64,000 bases of DNA. It comes from the human T2T-CHM13v2.0 reference genome, Homo sapiens. Both the position numbers and the translations under genes were made by a program. Location: assembly GCF_009914755.1 (NCBI RefSeq), contig NC_060941.1. One strand, written 5' to 3'. This document shows, piece after piece, positions 1 to 17,699 of the stretch; the stretch's first letter is position 1; each line of letters begins with the position of its first letter. The notes below the pieces were generated by a model, which was not told the DNA's origin, did no database searches, and saw only the letters and a program-made list of their open reading frames with translations.

Positions 1-401
1 ATAATCAACACTAATTAATAAGGTAATTCTACGCCTATGATCACAAAACAGGTGAAAGGAAAACCCAGATGACTTTATTCCCAGTTTAGAGCTCAATCAT
101 TATCCCAACCAAACTCTCTCCAGAAGAAAATTTCCACACAGCCTATAAGGAGCACTAAATACTTTCCCATCCTTCACAGTCAGGCAGCAAAGCAAGCCAA
201 CCTGTAAATATTTTCAAAAGCTGATGAATGTGAAAATTAGCTCAAAATGTATGCTGGCACATCAGCTCCTGTTTCCAAGTCCCGATTTGGTCAATTTTGT
301 TACTAAGGAAGCAATAAAGCAAGGCAGCTGAGTATCAGCCTCGGGCTTTGGAATCCTACAACCCGGAGTCTGAATCTTGGCTCTATCACTAAAACTAGCT
401 G

Positions 402-706
402 GGCCAGGCACGGTGGCTCACGCCTGTAATCCCAGCACTTTGGGAGACCAAGGTGGGTGAATTGCTTGAGGCCAGGAGTTTGAGATCAGCCTGGCCAACA
501 TGGCAAAACCCTGTCTCTATTAAAACTACAAAAATTAGGTGGGTGTTGTGGTGCGTGCCTGTAGTCCCAGCTACTCAGGAAGGTGAGGCATAAGAATCGC
601 TTGAATCTGCAAGACAGAGGTTGGAGTGAGCCTACATCGTGCCACTGCACTCCAGCCTGGGTGAAAGAGTGAGACTATGTCCCAAATAAATAAATATATA
701 AATAAA
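402..706 (+). mobile_element. AluS inserted in a MIR (~320-780)
   Basis: Full dimer; TSD AAAACTAGCTG at 391-401 and 708-718. Confidence 0.92.
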
Positions 707-1627
707 TAAAACTAGCTGTGACCTTAGCCTCTATGTGTCCTTCACCTCTGTGGCCATATGCTTTACTTACAAAATGACCAGAACTCGACTACATGCTCTC
801 TCAGGTCATTTCTAGGTTAATAAAGAGTGATTCTGCACACTCTTGGCAGAACAGCTGCTAGTGCAGTAAATGATCGCACTGATCATTTCATTTGCTCCCC
901 ACTAGATTGGGAGCCCCCATTAAGGCAGCCAGACAGGCAGTTCACTTGGGTTGCTAGGGCCTAGTCTGGGCCAAGAACATACTAGGGGCAGGTATTCAGT
1001 ACATGTTTGCTGAAGAATGAATGAGTGCAATGTATATAACTGATCAGGTTATTACCCCAACTAAATTGGAAATGATCATAAGTAAAATAATCAAGAATAA
1101 AGTGAAAAACTCTTCTGTATTTGCCTGACCCAGCAGATTAACAATCTTATGAACTAATATTTAATACTTCTGAGACTGAAATTCAAATAAATTGGTTAAT
1201 ATAAATAAAATGTCCTCTCAAACTTTAAAAAGGTCAGAAAAACCACAACTTACTAAGCCAGAGGGTTGAAAGTACTGTAAAAGGGAAAAGAGAACAGTGA
1301 GCTTGACTTCAACTGAATCTTCTCCACTTCCTCGCCTCTCTCTCCTCTTAAGCCCTTCTAGGCTGGCCTCTCCCTCACCAGGGCACCTGCTGCCATAGTC
1401 AGCATATCCAACTTTCCTGTGCCAACATCGATTCTTCCTAGAATTCTTCCTAGACCTCTCAATGGCACAGGACACCACTGACCACTTTTTTCTTCTTGAA
1501 ACACTTTCCTGGCTTCCATGACGTGACATGTGCCTACATTTCTCCTACCTTTCTGGCCACTTCTGCTAGGATCTCCTCCTCTGAACATTCTCAAAAGATG
1601 TAGAGATTTCTCAAGACTCTACTGTCA

Positions 1628-1782
1628 GACTGAGCACAGTGGCTCACACCTGCAATCCCAACACATTGGGAGGCCGAGAGAGGCAGACTGCTTGAGCCCA
1701 GGAGTTCGAGACCAGCCTAGGCAACATGGAGAGAGACCCAGCCTCTACAAAAATGAAAAAAAAAAAAAAAAAAAAAAAAAAA
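1628..1782 (+). mobile_element. FLAM (Alu left monomer)
   Basis: Single monomer with poly-A; TSD AAGACTCTAC. Confidence 0.85.
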
Positions 1783-2104
1783 GACAAAAAGACTCTACCG
1801 TGAGCCTTCATCTCTTCTTTTTACACCCTTTCCCCGAGTAATCATATCAGAAAAATTATACTCAGTAATTATTTCACAGACATTAAATATCTCCTAGATA
1901 CAAACACCTCCTCAATTTCTATCTCTAGCCCCAAACTGTTCTGGATTCAAGACTCATGTATCAAGCTGTCAACCTGGTATCTCCACCCATACATCTCACA
2001 GAGATCTCAACCTAGTACTTAAGCTCGTTGACTTCCAACAGGGTTATGCCTCAACAAACCCATCACTTAAGATGAAAATATCGTTAAGTCAAAAACACAT
2101 TTAT

Positions 2105-2748
<644 letters not shown>

Positions 2749-4489
2749 TAGCCTAGCCTCCCTTAAACATGCTTGGAACACTTACATCAGTTGATAGTTG
2801 GGCAAAATCATCTAGCACAAAGCTTATTTTATAATAAAGTGTTGAATATCTCACAACGTTTACTGAATACCATACTGAAAGTGAAAAACATAACGGCTAT
2901 ATGGGTACCTGAAGTACAGTTTCTACTAAATGTGTATTGCATTTACACCACCATAAAGTAAAAAAATCGTTAAGTCAAACCACAGTAAACCAGGGACTGT
3001 CTGTATGCCCAAACTAAACTCTTAATCATCCCCCTCAAATATCATTCTCCCATGATCCTGTGATTTGAGTAAATAGCACCAATATCCACCTAGTTGATAA
3101 AGCCAGAAACTTGAGTCACTCTTAATATATGCCTTTCTTCCCTACCCCACATCCAATCTAGCAGATCCCAATGATTTTCCCTACAAAGTATATCCTGAAT
3201 CCATTTTCTTCTCTTATCTCTACAGCCACCAACTGACGACAAGCTGCTTGCTCTGCAATAGTCTCCAAACTCTGGAACTGGTTAGGACGAAGAACAGTAT
3301 CTGGTGCAAAGGCTCTCCCTCACTCCCCTCTAACTTCCACACAGCAGCCTGAGTGATCTTGCTTAAAATCCTTTGGTGGCTTCCCAAGGCAGTCAGAGAA
3401 ACCCCAAACTTCTCAACATGGGCTACAAGGCCTGGCAGTCACAGGCTGCTGCCTGCCTCTTCCACCTCAGTTCTCCCTCACTCACTCCTCCACCCTGGCC
3501 TGGATCACGTTTTCTGACCAGCAGTAAGTTTTTTTCCAACTTTGCACATGGTGCTCATTCTGCCTGGAGCATTCTTCCCCCTCCTTTCCTGGAGGACTTT
3601 CTCATCCATGGGATCTGAACCTAAATGTTGCCTCCTCAGACCATCCTCTTGGTCTCTCATTGTTTCTCTTCCTTCGCAGCATTTACCACATGTGTAATTA
3701 CATATTTGTTTGCATATTTCATGTAGATTACTCTGACTAGCATCTAACGTCAACGCAGAGATTACTTTCACTTGGTTCACTAGCAAACACCTAACCCACA
3801 AAAAGGTAACTGACTCATTAATAGGTGTTCAGTAACACGTGACTGCATGGCTGCTGAAAGCTACCAGTGAACTGTTACCAGACCTGTTTCAGAATAACAC
3901 ATTTCCTGTAATCCACTACCTAGGGCTTTCTTGTCTCCTCATCACTTTTTGCATTCGCTAGTTACTTTTCATATAGAATAAAATATAATTACATATACAA
4001 ATATCACATGAACATATTCTTACCAGAAAAAGTATTTCTATAGAATGAAGCTTTTTAATAAAATACTTTTTCAAAAAAAAAAGACACAGTAAGGCCAACT
4101 GTGCAAAATACTGTACAACAAGGGGAACCTTGGTTCTCTTACTAAACTATTAAACAAAACACCAACTTTAAAATTGGTTGCAACATTTAATCATAACATA
4201 CCATAATTGGAAAAGTCCAGAAAAAATGGAAGCAAGTATAATTCTCCTTGTTCTAGTCTAGAGTTGAAATGTATATTATCTTTATGGCAACAGTTTAAAG
4301 TCCCTACCATGTTTGAAGCTGTGGCAAATAGTTTAACAGTAAATGTGGCAAGCTGGTAACAGTTAAAAATAGCAAATCATTTGTATTATAATATTTTTAA
4401 CTGAATTGGATAAATCACATTTTCTTTTTAAAATTTGCAATTAGGATAAACGGTATTTGCAACTTTGTGAACATACAGTATTATTTAGG

Positions 4490-4769
4490 TTTTGTTTTTT
4501 TTGAGACGGAGTCTTGCTCTGTCACCAGGCTGGAGTGCCGTGGCATGACCTTGGCTCACCGCAACCTCCAACTCCCTGGTTCAAGCCTCAGCCTCCCAAG
4601 TAGCTGGGATTACAGGTGCCCGCCACCACGCCCAGCTAATTTTTGTATTTTTAGTAGAGACGGGTTTCACCATCTTCGCCAGGATGGTCTCGCTTTCCTG
4701 ACCTTGTGATCTGCCTGCCTTGGACTCCCAAAGTGCTGGGATTACAGCCATGAGCCACTCTGCCCAGCC
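4490..4769 (-). mobile_element. AluS (Sc-like)
   Basis: Reverse dimer with internal deletion; TSD-like ATTTAGGTTT. Confidence 0.88.
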
Positions 4770-6027
4770 AATAATTTAGGTTTTTAAAAACCCGTTAGTT
4801 GAATAGCAACTTTATCTGTCTAAAGTATACCCCCGTACATTCTCTCATGTGTTAGGCTTACTGTAGCAGTTGGCCAGGCAATAACTTGTGAGCAACTCTC
4901 TAGCAACATGGAAATTCTGGGACAGCTGCTCATTGCTAGTAGCTTCCATAAATGTTTCTTTTATTTAATATCAATGAAAAGATACAACCACATTTCACAT
5001 CATGATGCTTAAATAAAAATCACATGATGATATATCTGATTTTCTATATAACTTCTGAGCCAATTCATCCTATTTAGCAGAAAAATAATTTTTTAAAAAG
5101 AGACTAAGAAAACAGTAACCAAGATGTTGAAAAGGAAAGTGAAAGTCTCTTGCCCCAATTATTCATTATTCCAGCTCTTTTTCTTTAACCTTTCCAAAAG
5201 AGTTTAAAGAGAAAAGAAATGGCCTATTTACAAGCTAAATATAGCTGCCTTGGCTCAAAGAACCCAATGACATTGTTTTATGTTTTTTGGGGAGAGTGAG
5301 GTGGTATAGAAGAGTTTTGTTTTTAAATGCTAAAATCAATACTTTCTTCTTTGAGGGGAGCAAATTTGAAATTTGCTAATTTTGCTCCATGAGAAAAAGT
5401 AGATATTCTCTAGACTTTTTAGTTGGTTTTTATACAAAATAGTCAGAAGTTTTAAGATCTCACAAAAAACATGGAATCTAAAAAAAAAAATATATATGTA
5501 TTTTGTGAACATATGAATTTTTTTACCTTGGAAATGAAGCTCTAACACCCTCTTTAACTAAGTACTCTCAACGCCTCTGCTAAGTCACAGGGCAGAGAAA
5601 TGACAGAAAGGGAAAGAGTACGTCTGTGTGTGCACGTGGAAGGGGTGTGGGGAGCACCTCAGAGACAAAGGTGAAGGAAGAGGGGATGAAAGCAGCACAT
5701 TCAGTGGGAGTGGTGAGCACTCTGCACCTGAGCCAGAGGTTATCTCCCCATGCCTCCAGCAGGAAGATAAATGACTTGTCTCACTCTGGTACATCTGAGG
5801 CATTTCAGGAACACATTCTCCAAACAATCAAATAATTCTGGCTACAAATGTCATCGTGATGAGAAGGATCAATACTGGTTAGTTTCACCAACCATCTATA
5901 TAACACTCTATTATTTTCAAATGACATTTGATTCTTTAGAGTTGTAAGTTTTTACATTTACAAAGACACACAAGGACTAGCCATAAAAATATAGACCCAT
6001 TGTTTGTAAAATGTTTTCACTTGTTTA

Positions 6028-6747
<720 letters not shown>

Positions 6748-6949
6748 TCAAATCTCTCTTCAACATGTGGTCCTAGAGACAACATACAGTCTAATAAGAA
6801 AACACAAGTAATATATTCTACATTATTCAGAATTTTTTATGTTGGTAATGAGGTTTAGAGAGTAAATCAAATCAAAGTTTATACTGCTTTATTTTTCTAT
6901 GCAGCTACTTAGGTGCATAAAGCCCATTAGGAATATTAATAACTAATAT

Positions 6950-7170
6950 TAATAATATGGTTAATACAAGTCAGGTACTGTGGGGCTTTACATGGGTTAT
7001 CTCATGTCCTCGTCACAATAGTAACAGTAGGTCCCTAATAATAGATCATTCTCATTTTACAGTTGCAGAACTAGAAATTCAGAGGCCGAAGGACTTGCCT
7101 GAGCTCACACAGCGAGTGGCAGCCGGAAGACGAACTCTGGCTGCTGCCTTACTCCACTTTATCCCACAGC
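6950..7170. mobile_element. MIR
   Basis: MIR core-like CATTTTACAGTTGCAGAACTAGAAATTCAGAGGCCGAAGGACTTGCC. Confidence 0.7.
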
Positions 7171-7270
7171 ATGGCACAAAACCAAATCCAATCTTAAGGC
7201 CATCACATGAAACCAAATGTAAAAATGTTTTGCAATATATACAATCATTAAGTTTGAACATGTTTATTAA

Positions 7271-7563
7271 TTTTTTTTTTTTTGAGACAAGGTCTTGCTC
7301 TGTCTCCCAGGCTGGAGTGCAGTGGTGCAATCTCAGGTCACTGCAACTCTGCCTCCCAGGGTCAAGCAGTCCTCTTGTTTCAGACCCCCGAGTAGCTGGG
7401 ACCACAGGTGTGCGCCACCATGCTCAACTAATTTTTGCGTATTCTGTAGAGGCAGGCTTTTAGCATGTTGCCCAGGCTGGTCTCAAACTCCTGGACTCAA
7501 GCAATCTGCTCACCTCAGCCTTCCAAAGTGCTGAGGTTACAGGTGTGAGCCACTGCGCTTGGA
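7271..7563 (-). mobile_element. AluJ
   Basis: Reverse dimer. Confidence 0.9.
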
Positions 7564-7817
7564 CTGAATGTGGTTTATTTTAATTTGTATGGAAGATAAA
7601 AGCTTTTAAAAAGTCACAGATAGCACAACCAAGCACACAGATTTTACTATTTAGATTAAAAAACAAAAATATCTGTAGGCCAGGACTGATAAAAAATGAA
7701 AACAAGAACAAAAAAAACAAAAATCAACGAAGAGTTCCACTAAAGTATTCTGGATCTACTGCAGAGTAGATGGGGATGAAAAAGTTTACCCACCGCATGG
7801 ATTTAAAAATCCTTTCG

Positions 7818-9019
7818 AGGCTGGGCACAGTGGTCACGCCTGAAATCCCAGCACTGCAGGAGGCCAAGATGGGAGAATCATTTGAGGCCAAGAGTTCAAG
7901 GCCACCCTGGTCAACACAGTGAGACCTCATTTCTGAAAATAACAAAAAAACTAGCCGGGTGTGGTAGTATGAGCCAGTAATCTCAGCTACTCGGGAGATT
8001 GAGGTGGGAAGGTTGCTTGAGCTGGGGAGGTCAAGGCTACATACAGTAAGCCATGACTGTGCCACTGCACATTGGCCTCGGGAACAGAGCAAGACCCTGT
8101 CTCAAAAAGTAAAAAAAAGAAAAAATACTTTCAGTTCATTTTGCCAAAGGAAGAGTGATTATATTTGGAAGATTAAGATAAATAGCTACCATCAACGCAA
8201 CAGATTGGTACTTTGGCCAAGTGCACTAAAGTTCAGTTCTCAAAACAAAACTATTTTCTTGATTCATATCAGCTCATTCTAATACTGCTCTGCTAATGTG
8301 GCTATAACAAGTTCTTTTGAATAAAAGGCATCTTGTAAACAAGATAGGTTCACAATATAGACAAAGGTGAATAGTATATAGCTAGGGAAAAACGAAATAC
8401 TTTCAAGCAGGGAAATAAAAATCACTTCTCATTTCCAGAAATACACACTTAAAAAAAATTAGGTCACTTTTAACTGGAAAAAAATTTGTGACAAGCCAGG
8501 CACGGTGGTGGCTCACGCCTGTAGTCCCAGCACTTTGGGAGGCCAAGGTGGGAGAATTAATCGAACCCAGGAATTCAAGACCAGCCTGGGCAACCCAGCA
8601 AAAACCCCATCTCTTAAAAAAAAGGAAAAAAAAAAAAGAAAAAACTTTGTGAGAAATTGCAATCTCGAGTGCTCACAGGCAGTATGAAAACTGTGACATG
8701 ATTACATGAGAAGCATTTCAAAGGAGTTCATAAAAAGTTAACAATAGGCCGGGCTCACGCCTGTAATCCCAACATTTTGGGAGGCTAAGGCGGACAGATC
8801 ACTTGAGGTCAAGAGTTCAAGACGAGCCCGGCCAACATGGTGAAACCCTGTCTCTACTAAAAATACAAAAATTAGCCAGGCATGGTGGCCCATACCTGTA
8901 ATCCCAGGTACTCGGGAGGCTGAGGCAGGAGAACTGGCTGAGCCTGGGAGGTGGAGGTTTCAGTGAGCCAAGATCACGCCACTGCACTCTAGCGTGGGCA
9001 ACAAAGTGAGACTCCATCT

Positions 9020-9052
<33 letters not shown>

Positions 9053-9505
9053 AGTGTTCTGGTGTCCCCTTCTCTAAAACAAAAGCAAATCTGACCAATT
9101 ACATAGAAGACAGGCACTAAAGATGGCACTGTCCTAGAAAAATGTTGGCAATCTCTTTCAGCTAACTGGTTGCCATTAAACTTCTATTTTTCAGAATACA
9201 TTAAAAACTGTGTTCACAGGCATGGCGGCTCACACCTGTCATCCCAGCACTTTGGGAGGCTAAGACATGCAGATTACCTGAGGTCAGGAGTTCGAGACCA
9301 GCCTGGCCAACATGGTGAAACCCCATCTCTACTAAAAATACAAAAATTAGCTGGGTATGGCGGTGCACGCTTGTAGTCCCAATAACTTGGGAGGCTGGGT
9401 CAGGGCTTGAACCTGGGAAGTGGAAGATGCAATGAGCTGGGATCATGCACTCCAGCCTGGGCAACAGATCAAGACTCTGTCTCAAAAAAAAAAAAAAAAA
9501 AAAAC
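7818..9505 (+). mobile_element. Cluster of plus-strand Alus: AluJ 7818-8126, FLAM 8495-8645, AluS 8747-9053, AluS 9215-9505
   Basis: Alu consensus matches with A tails. Confidence 0.9.
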
Positions 9506-9919
9506 CAAACTGTTTCCACTGATGAAACATCAGTTGAGAATCACTATTACAGTTAGTTTTCAAGGAGGTAAAGATTCAAACTGAACCTTTACCAAGCTGA
9601 ATAGTGATTAGGATAAAATGTACCATTCACAGTTAGTAAATTTACTATTAAACATTGCTTAAGATCACTTATATCGTTACTATAATAAAGAAGAAATGGT
9701 ACAAGGATATTAGGAAAGTTCAGGATATAAAAATAACTACGTGACTATCAGTGTAACACCAAACATTCTTAAATAAAACCTTACATGCACTTAAAATAAT
9801 GTGCTAAAACTTAATAGGGGAGTGTTAATTATTTGTATGTATGGGTGGTGGTCAGAAGAAGTTGGGAATGAAAGACAAGAAGAATGCTCCACAGATGCCA
9901 TGTTTGAGTGCTAGTAAAA

Positions 9920-10513
<594 letters not shown>

Positions 10514-11211
10514 GAATTAATTTTCTGAAGAAAGAAACTGGCACCTGTTTTGGGCTAATAGGACTGGATACCCCAACTTGGTTGGCTGCGCATATCTGTG
10601 AAAGATAAGCAGGGAACATTCAATCCAAGGAGTCCTTTGGCCATTATGCTTTTCTTTAAAGTAAGCTCACAAACCTTTTTCCTGGGTTAGGTCCACACTC
10701 TAGGTAAAGAGTTCTGAAACTAAAGTCTACTTTTCATAACAAAACTATTTACTTGTTCCATCTCTTAGTTGTTTAATAAACATTTTCAGAGAATCATAAA
10801 TTATTGTGCCCCTAGCTTTGTTTAGCAATAAAAGGTAATATAGAAAGCAGCACAGTATTTTCCAATTCCGGAAGCTTTAGCACCAAGAACCCAGACATCC
10901 TACAGCCAGTCAAGTTTTCACCCAAAAAAATGCGAACATGAAAATTTCAACATAATAGAATACAAGTGATACCACCTATGTGTGCATGCACACACACTTC
11001 ACAAAGTTGTATTAAAACTATAAGTGTAAACTTAAAGGAACTGACGGAAATTTTAAAAAAGAAATTAATTAAAAAGAAAAAAACTTCATTTTTAACGTAA
11101 ATAAACATAAAGCTCTGGGTTTACAAGATTTGGATAAAATGTAACCACTCTGACATCTGATCAATTTCATCAAAAGGAAATTAAACTCAACTTTAAAATC
11201 TCTACTATCTC

Positions 11212-11742
11212 TGGCTGGGTGAGGTGGCTCACTACTGTAATCCCAGCACTTTAGGAGGCTGAAGCAGGAGGATCACTTGAGCCCAGGAGTCCCAAGGTTA
11301 CAGTGAACTATGATCACACCACTGCACTCCAGCCTGTGTAACAGAGTGAGACTCTGTCTCTAAAAAATATTAATAAAGTAAGATAAAAACCTCTACTATC
11401 TCTAATGTTATATATAATCTTTATTTTAGATGGGATGAAATATTTAACACTAATCCTAGAATCAAAAGATAACCAATAGGTTTTTAGCAACTCAAAGTCC
11501 TTGCTTGACTATACTTATAGAGAAAATGGACCAATCATCCAAAAGAAACATAGTATTTTACAACTGAAAGTAGCAATTCTTTAATATTTAAAGCAAATCC
11601 AAATTAGCATTAATTAATAAATGACTCTGATTCTTTTTTTTTTTAAGAGGGAGGGGGCTGTCCTCACTATGTTGCCCACATTGGACTTGAACTCTTGAGG
11701 TCAAGCAATCCTCCTGTCTCCCCAGAAGCTGGGACTACAGGA
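11212..11742. mobile_element. Alu monomer + (11212-11370) and Alu fragment - (11633-11742)
   Basis: Monomeric Alu matches; TSDs CTCTACTATCTCT and AAATGACTCT. Confidence 0.8.
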
Positions 11743-13053
11743 GCTTCAAATGACTCTTGATTGTATTATATTTCCAATACATGCTGCAGTGCAAATAAAT
11801 AAATAAAAAAAATTAGCTGAAACTGAAGTTTCTAGAATACTTAGTTGGACCTCCCCTTTTTACAGGCCAATCATGGAGCTAAATGGTTACTTTGTTACAC
11901 AGATTGAGGGAGTAAATCTCTGTGTTAATGAATACACTATCTTATCGGCTTCAAGAAGAGTAACCTCAAGCACAAAAAGAAAAGAATTAAGTCTAACTGA
12001 AGGTACCATGATTAGCAAAAACACTTTGGTTTCAGGAATTGCAAAGACAGACTGGCCATTACAGGAAGTTGTATTAATGCTGACAATGTTAAACTGTTTA
12101 CAGAAAGTAGGAAGCTGTGGGATGTTCCTCCCACTGTCACACACACTGTCCTGTCCTACGTAACAAGTGTTGCCTTATTTCTCAATAAGTGAATATAAAT
12201 TAAACAAAAAAAAATAGTTGGAAATGACTCCTAGCCATTTTGTCAGTTTTCATCCATATCTCCAATTGTATCATCCAGCCAACCCCTGACTCCCATCTCT
12301 TTATTCATCTGAGTTACCAAATTATCTAGCTATTGTCACATAAGAAGGTTTTCTAAAGACAGGGTAACTCAAAAGTGCAGTGGCAGGCTATGTTGAATGT
12401 ACAGCCAGAGTAGAGTATTTCAAATATTTAATTCAGTACTAAAACAGGCCACTTCTTACAATCTATTATCCTCAGTATGCTAATTTATAATAACTAGAAA
12501 GGTACCTTAAGTTATAACGAGAATGTGAATCTTGTATTTTTCTTTTCCACAGTAAGCTATTTAGCTGACCCATGATGGAACTAACCAAAAAAGGAAATGT
12601 TTACCTTTGGGAACTTAGAAAGAAAAACATTCATGTTTACACCCAAAGTTATTACTAACAAATGAGTAGTCTGCTAAAAACCTAAGCTGTGTTATCAACA
12701 CCCTATCCCTTGTCCCGAAAATTGATTAAAGGGCAGTTGTTCATCTTAGGCAAAATGTTAAGTCATGTAGGGCCTTAAAACCTGTCAGTTTTTAATGTGC
12801 ATTAATAAGTTTAATAATCAAATCATTAGTTGAAACGAAAAGGTTAATTTTAATTTTAGTTATTTTATCTGCTAACCTCTATTTCTTCTGATGTTTACCT
12901 TTCCTATCCAAAATTCAAAAATATGCTGCTAAACATAACAAAACACATTTCAACCCCCCCAAATAAAAATTATAATTACACAAGAACTGTCCACTTCCTA
13001 GAAAATTAGGAAACTATTATAGAAATAATCCATATTTCCCAGAAGGAACTTAA

Positions 13054-13383
<330 letters not shown>

Positions 13384-13689
13384 TAGAACATCTTTGTAAT
13401 TAAGAATGTCTGAAAAACGAGGAAATAAAAGTGTCAGGCACTATGCTAGTAGGAGAGAAAAAGACAAACTAGGCATACCAAAGGACTTCTACATGACTGA
13501 CAGCCACACATGAAAGCTGTGACTCTAACACACATAATGGGTACTGTGAGGAGTGACAGGAGTAAGCATGCTAGGGAAAGCAAAGGACACGGAGATCTCC
13601 ATTCTAGCCAAGAAGACTGGAGATGCTTCAAATAAAGAGACACAGCCCCTAAGGCACTGTTCCTGGGGAAAGGGAGGGGGCATGGAGCA

Positions 13690-13850
13690 AATTCATCCAA
13701 ACCACCTATGGCTATTTGCTGAAAACACAGATCACTGGGTCCCATCCCAGAATCCAGAATCAGATCCTCAGGTATAAAGTCTGAGCATCTGCTTGTTTGT
13801 TTTAACAAGCATTCCAGTCCATGGGGTCCATGGGCCACATTTAGTGTGAT
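13690..13850. mobile_element. MER5A-like (hAT-Charlie)
   Basis: CAGATCACTGGGTCCCATCCCAGAATCCAGAATCAGA...TTTTAACAAGC. Confidence 0.65.
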
Positions 13851-13859
13851 TATCACTAC

Positions 13860-14790
<931 letters not shown>

Positions 14791-15304
14791 GCTCTGTTCC
14801 TCTTTTCTTGTCTCTACTTTTCATCATGGAAAAAAGTATTTCTGGAACTTATCTCTCCTCATCTTTGAGGACTTCTTTGCTCCTTAAGGATCAACTGGCT
14901 CAAGTCAACAACAAGCAGGTCCTCATCCTGAGTGGTTTTACCTATTCGTTCTTAATCACAAAGATATACTTAGGGATGCTTTCTCAACAATGAGGACATG
15001 ACAGTCCTGATGTGAGACAGTTAGACGTCAGCTTCCAAATTAAAAAACTGTCCATGAAACACAACTTTAATTAAATGGACTTAGGGCAAATACGGAACTT
15101 CCCCACAGAGAACTTTCAGGTATGCAGTTCTTTATTTATTCATTTAATCCATATGCACTGTATGCTTATTACAGATGAATGTTTCTTCTCTGACCTGGAA
15201 GGATGAATAGAGCCTGACAAAATTGAGTTGAAAGTGTGTGGTTTGTTGAGAAAATGAACTAAGAAGAAAGGAGAATAAGCAGCACTTAAAAACAGGAGGT
15301 AGAT

Positions 15305-15600
15305 GGCCAGGCACAGTGGCTCACGCCTGTAATCCCAGCACTTTGGGAGGGCAAGGCAGGCAGATCACCTGAGGTCAGGAGTTAGAGACCAGCTTGACCA
15401 ACATGGAGAAACACTGTCTCTACTAAAAATACAAAATTAGCCAGGTGTGGTGGCGCATGCCTGTAATCTCAGCTACTTGGGAGGCTGAGGCAGGAGAATC
15501 GCCTGAACCCAGGAGGCGGAGGTGAGCCAAGATCGCGCCACTGCACTCCAGCCTGGGCAACAAGAACAAAACTCTCAAAAAAATGCAAAAAAACAAAAAA
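15305..15600 (+). mobile_element. AluSp-like
   Basis: Dimer with ACCAACATGGAGAAA; TSD AAAAACAGGAGGTAGA. Confidence 0.9.
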
Positions 15601-16124
15601 CAGGAGGTAGAGTGATGGGCGATGGAAAGGGGTATATGGAAGAACTCATGCAAGCAAATCTACCAAAAATAAAGTAATAAACATTGATCAAGGGACAAAA
15701 CTAACCAGAAATCTGGGAATTGGATGGAGGTCATTTGTCAAGTTAAATTCATCATTTTCAACATGCAATACTGGCAGCTACTTAATTTTAACAATAATGT
15801 GAGACAGTCCCTGCCTTTCAGAAATAAACACATTACTTGAAAAGACAAGATACAAACATGACAGAAGAGAACTATACAAGACGGTAAATAATCAAATGCT
15901 AGTTGAATGACAGATATAAAAGCCATAATTCAGATATAGTCAAAATTAAGGTGTCAGTTTTATAAAAAGCTATCGTGAACACTTTCCTGGAACTTTTAAA
16001 AGGCAAGACTGCTTCTAAGTATAAATAATAACAGCAAGGACTGCTGGTTGTACATCGCTTTGCAGCCACACCCATTAATGTGGATTAATGTTGGTGACAT
16101 CATCAAACAACTTCCTAAGCAGCT

Positions 16125-16423
16125 TATTTATTTTTTTTTTGGAGATGGAGTTCTGCTCTTGTTGCCCAGGCTGGAGTGCAGTGGCACGAACTCGGCTTAC
16201 CGCAGCCTCCGCTTCCAGAGTTCAAGCGAGTCTCCTGCCTCAGCCTCCTGAGTAGCTGGGATTACAGGTGCCTGCCACCACACCTGGCTAATTTTTGTAT
16301 TTTTAGAAGAGACGGTGTTTCACCGTGTTGGCCAGGCTGGTTTCAAACTTCTGACATCAGGTGATCCACCCGCCTCAGACTCCCAAAGTGCTGGGATTAC
16401 AGGCATGAGCCACCGTGCCCAGC
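16125..16423 (-). mobile_element. AluSq-like
   Basis: Reverse dimer. Confidence 0.9.
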
Positions 16424-16734
16424 CAGCAGTTTTACTTTTAACTGTCACTTCATTTTAATCATATTAGAGTAAAACACTTCAGATCTGAACTACCTCCAAA
16501 TTGCACACAGTCTAGATTTCTATCACTGCTGGAATCTTTCTGATCTTTGGCAAATAAAACCCAATCACAGCATTCACAGTTAAATTACAAAACACTTGAT
16601 TAAAAATTTGTTTCAACTGTATTCTGTATCTTTAACCTGGATTGGATACTTTTATTCCAAACCTGTCTTCAATGCTGTGTAACAGCTACAAAGCATTTTA
16701 TGGGTAGTCTCGTTAAAGAAAAAAGGGGAAAAAT

Positions 16735-17059
<325 letters not shown>

Positions 17060-17098
17060 TTATGGAAGTCAGTGAAAAAAGTGTGCTAAAATCAGATA

Positions 17099-17416
17099 CA
17101 GGTTGAGTGTCCCTTATCCGAATGCCTGGGACCAGAAGTGTTTTGGATTTTGAATTTTTTCAGATTTTTGAAATATCTGCATACATATGAGATATGCTGG
17201 GAATGGGACTCAAGTCTAAACTAGAAATTCATTTATGTTTCATATATACCTTAAGATATGTAGCCTAAAGGTAATTTTATACACTATTTTTACACGTAGT
17301 CATTGGAGACTAGGACACATTAGGTCTGTGCCTTAGCCTTTCAGTCTGTTCCTCCATCTCAAATACTTTTAGATTTGGGAACATTTCGAATTTTCGCATT
17401 AGGGATGTGCAACCTG
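17099..17416 (+). mobile_element. Tigger4/MER46 (Zombi) non-autonomous DNA transposon
   Basis: TA flanks (17097-98, 17417-18); terminal inverted repeats CAGGTTGAGTGTCCCTTATCCGAA / TTCGCATTAGGGATGTGCAACCTG. Confidence 0.9.
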
Positions 17417-17472
17417 TATTACTAAACATCATTAAAATAAAACCACACGTTTTAAAAGAGCAAATCTCTTAC

Positions 17473-17699
17473 CAGTTGAAATTCTCGACGCCGGTCATAG
17501 GCATTCTGTATGCCGCTGTCTGCCCATAATGCTCTTATAGCAGGAAGATATTGTAAGAAAACCCTTGTTTCCACCATTCCTTGGGCTGCCATGGGGGCCC
17601 GGGTATCAAACGACATCATCTTATCTCCATGTTGTTGGTTTGAGTTGTCTCCCCAGGGAATATGAAGCTTCTCTCGAGCATCAACCAGCACCCTCATAC
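17473..17699 (-). CDS. GNA13: G-protein subunit alpha-13, coding exon 2 (aa 95-170, helical domain)
   Basis: Polypyrimidine tract plus AG (17701-17700); GMRVLVDAREKLHIPWGD...AYDRRREFQL; donor CTG|GTAAGA at 17472; 227 nt, in frame with exon 1 (283+227=510). Confidence 0.99.
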
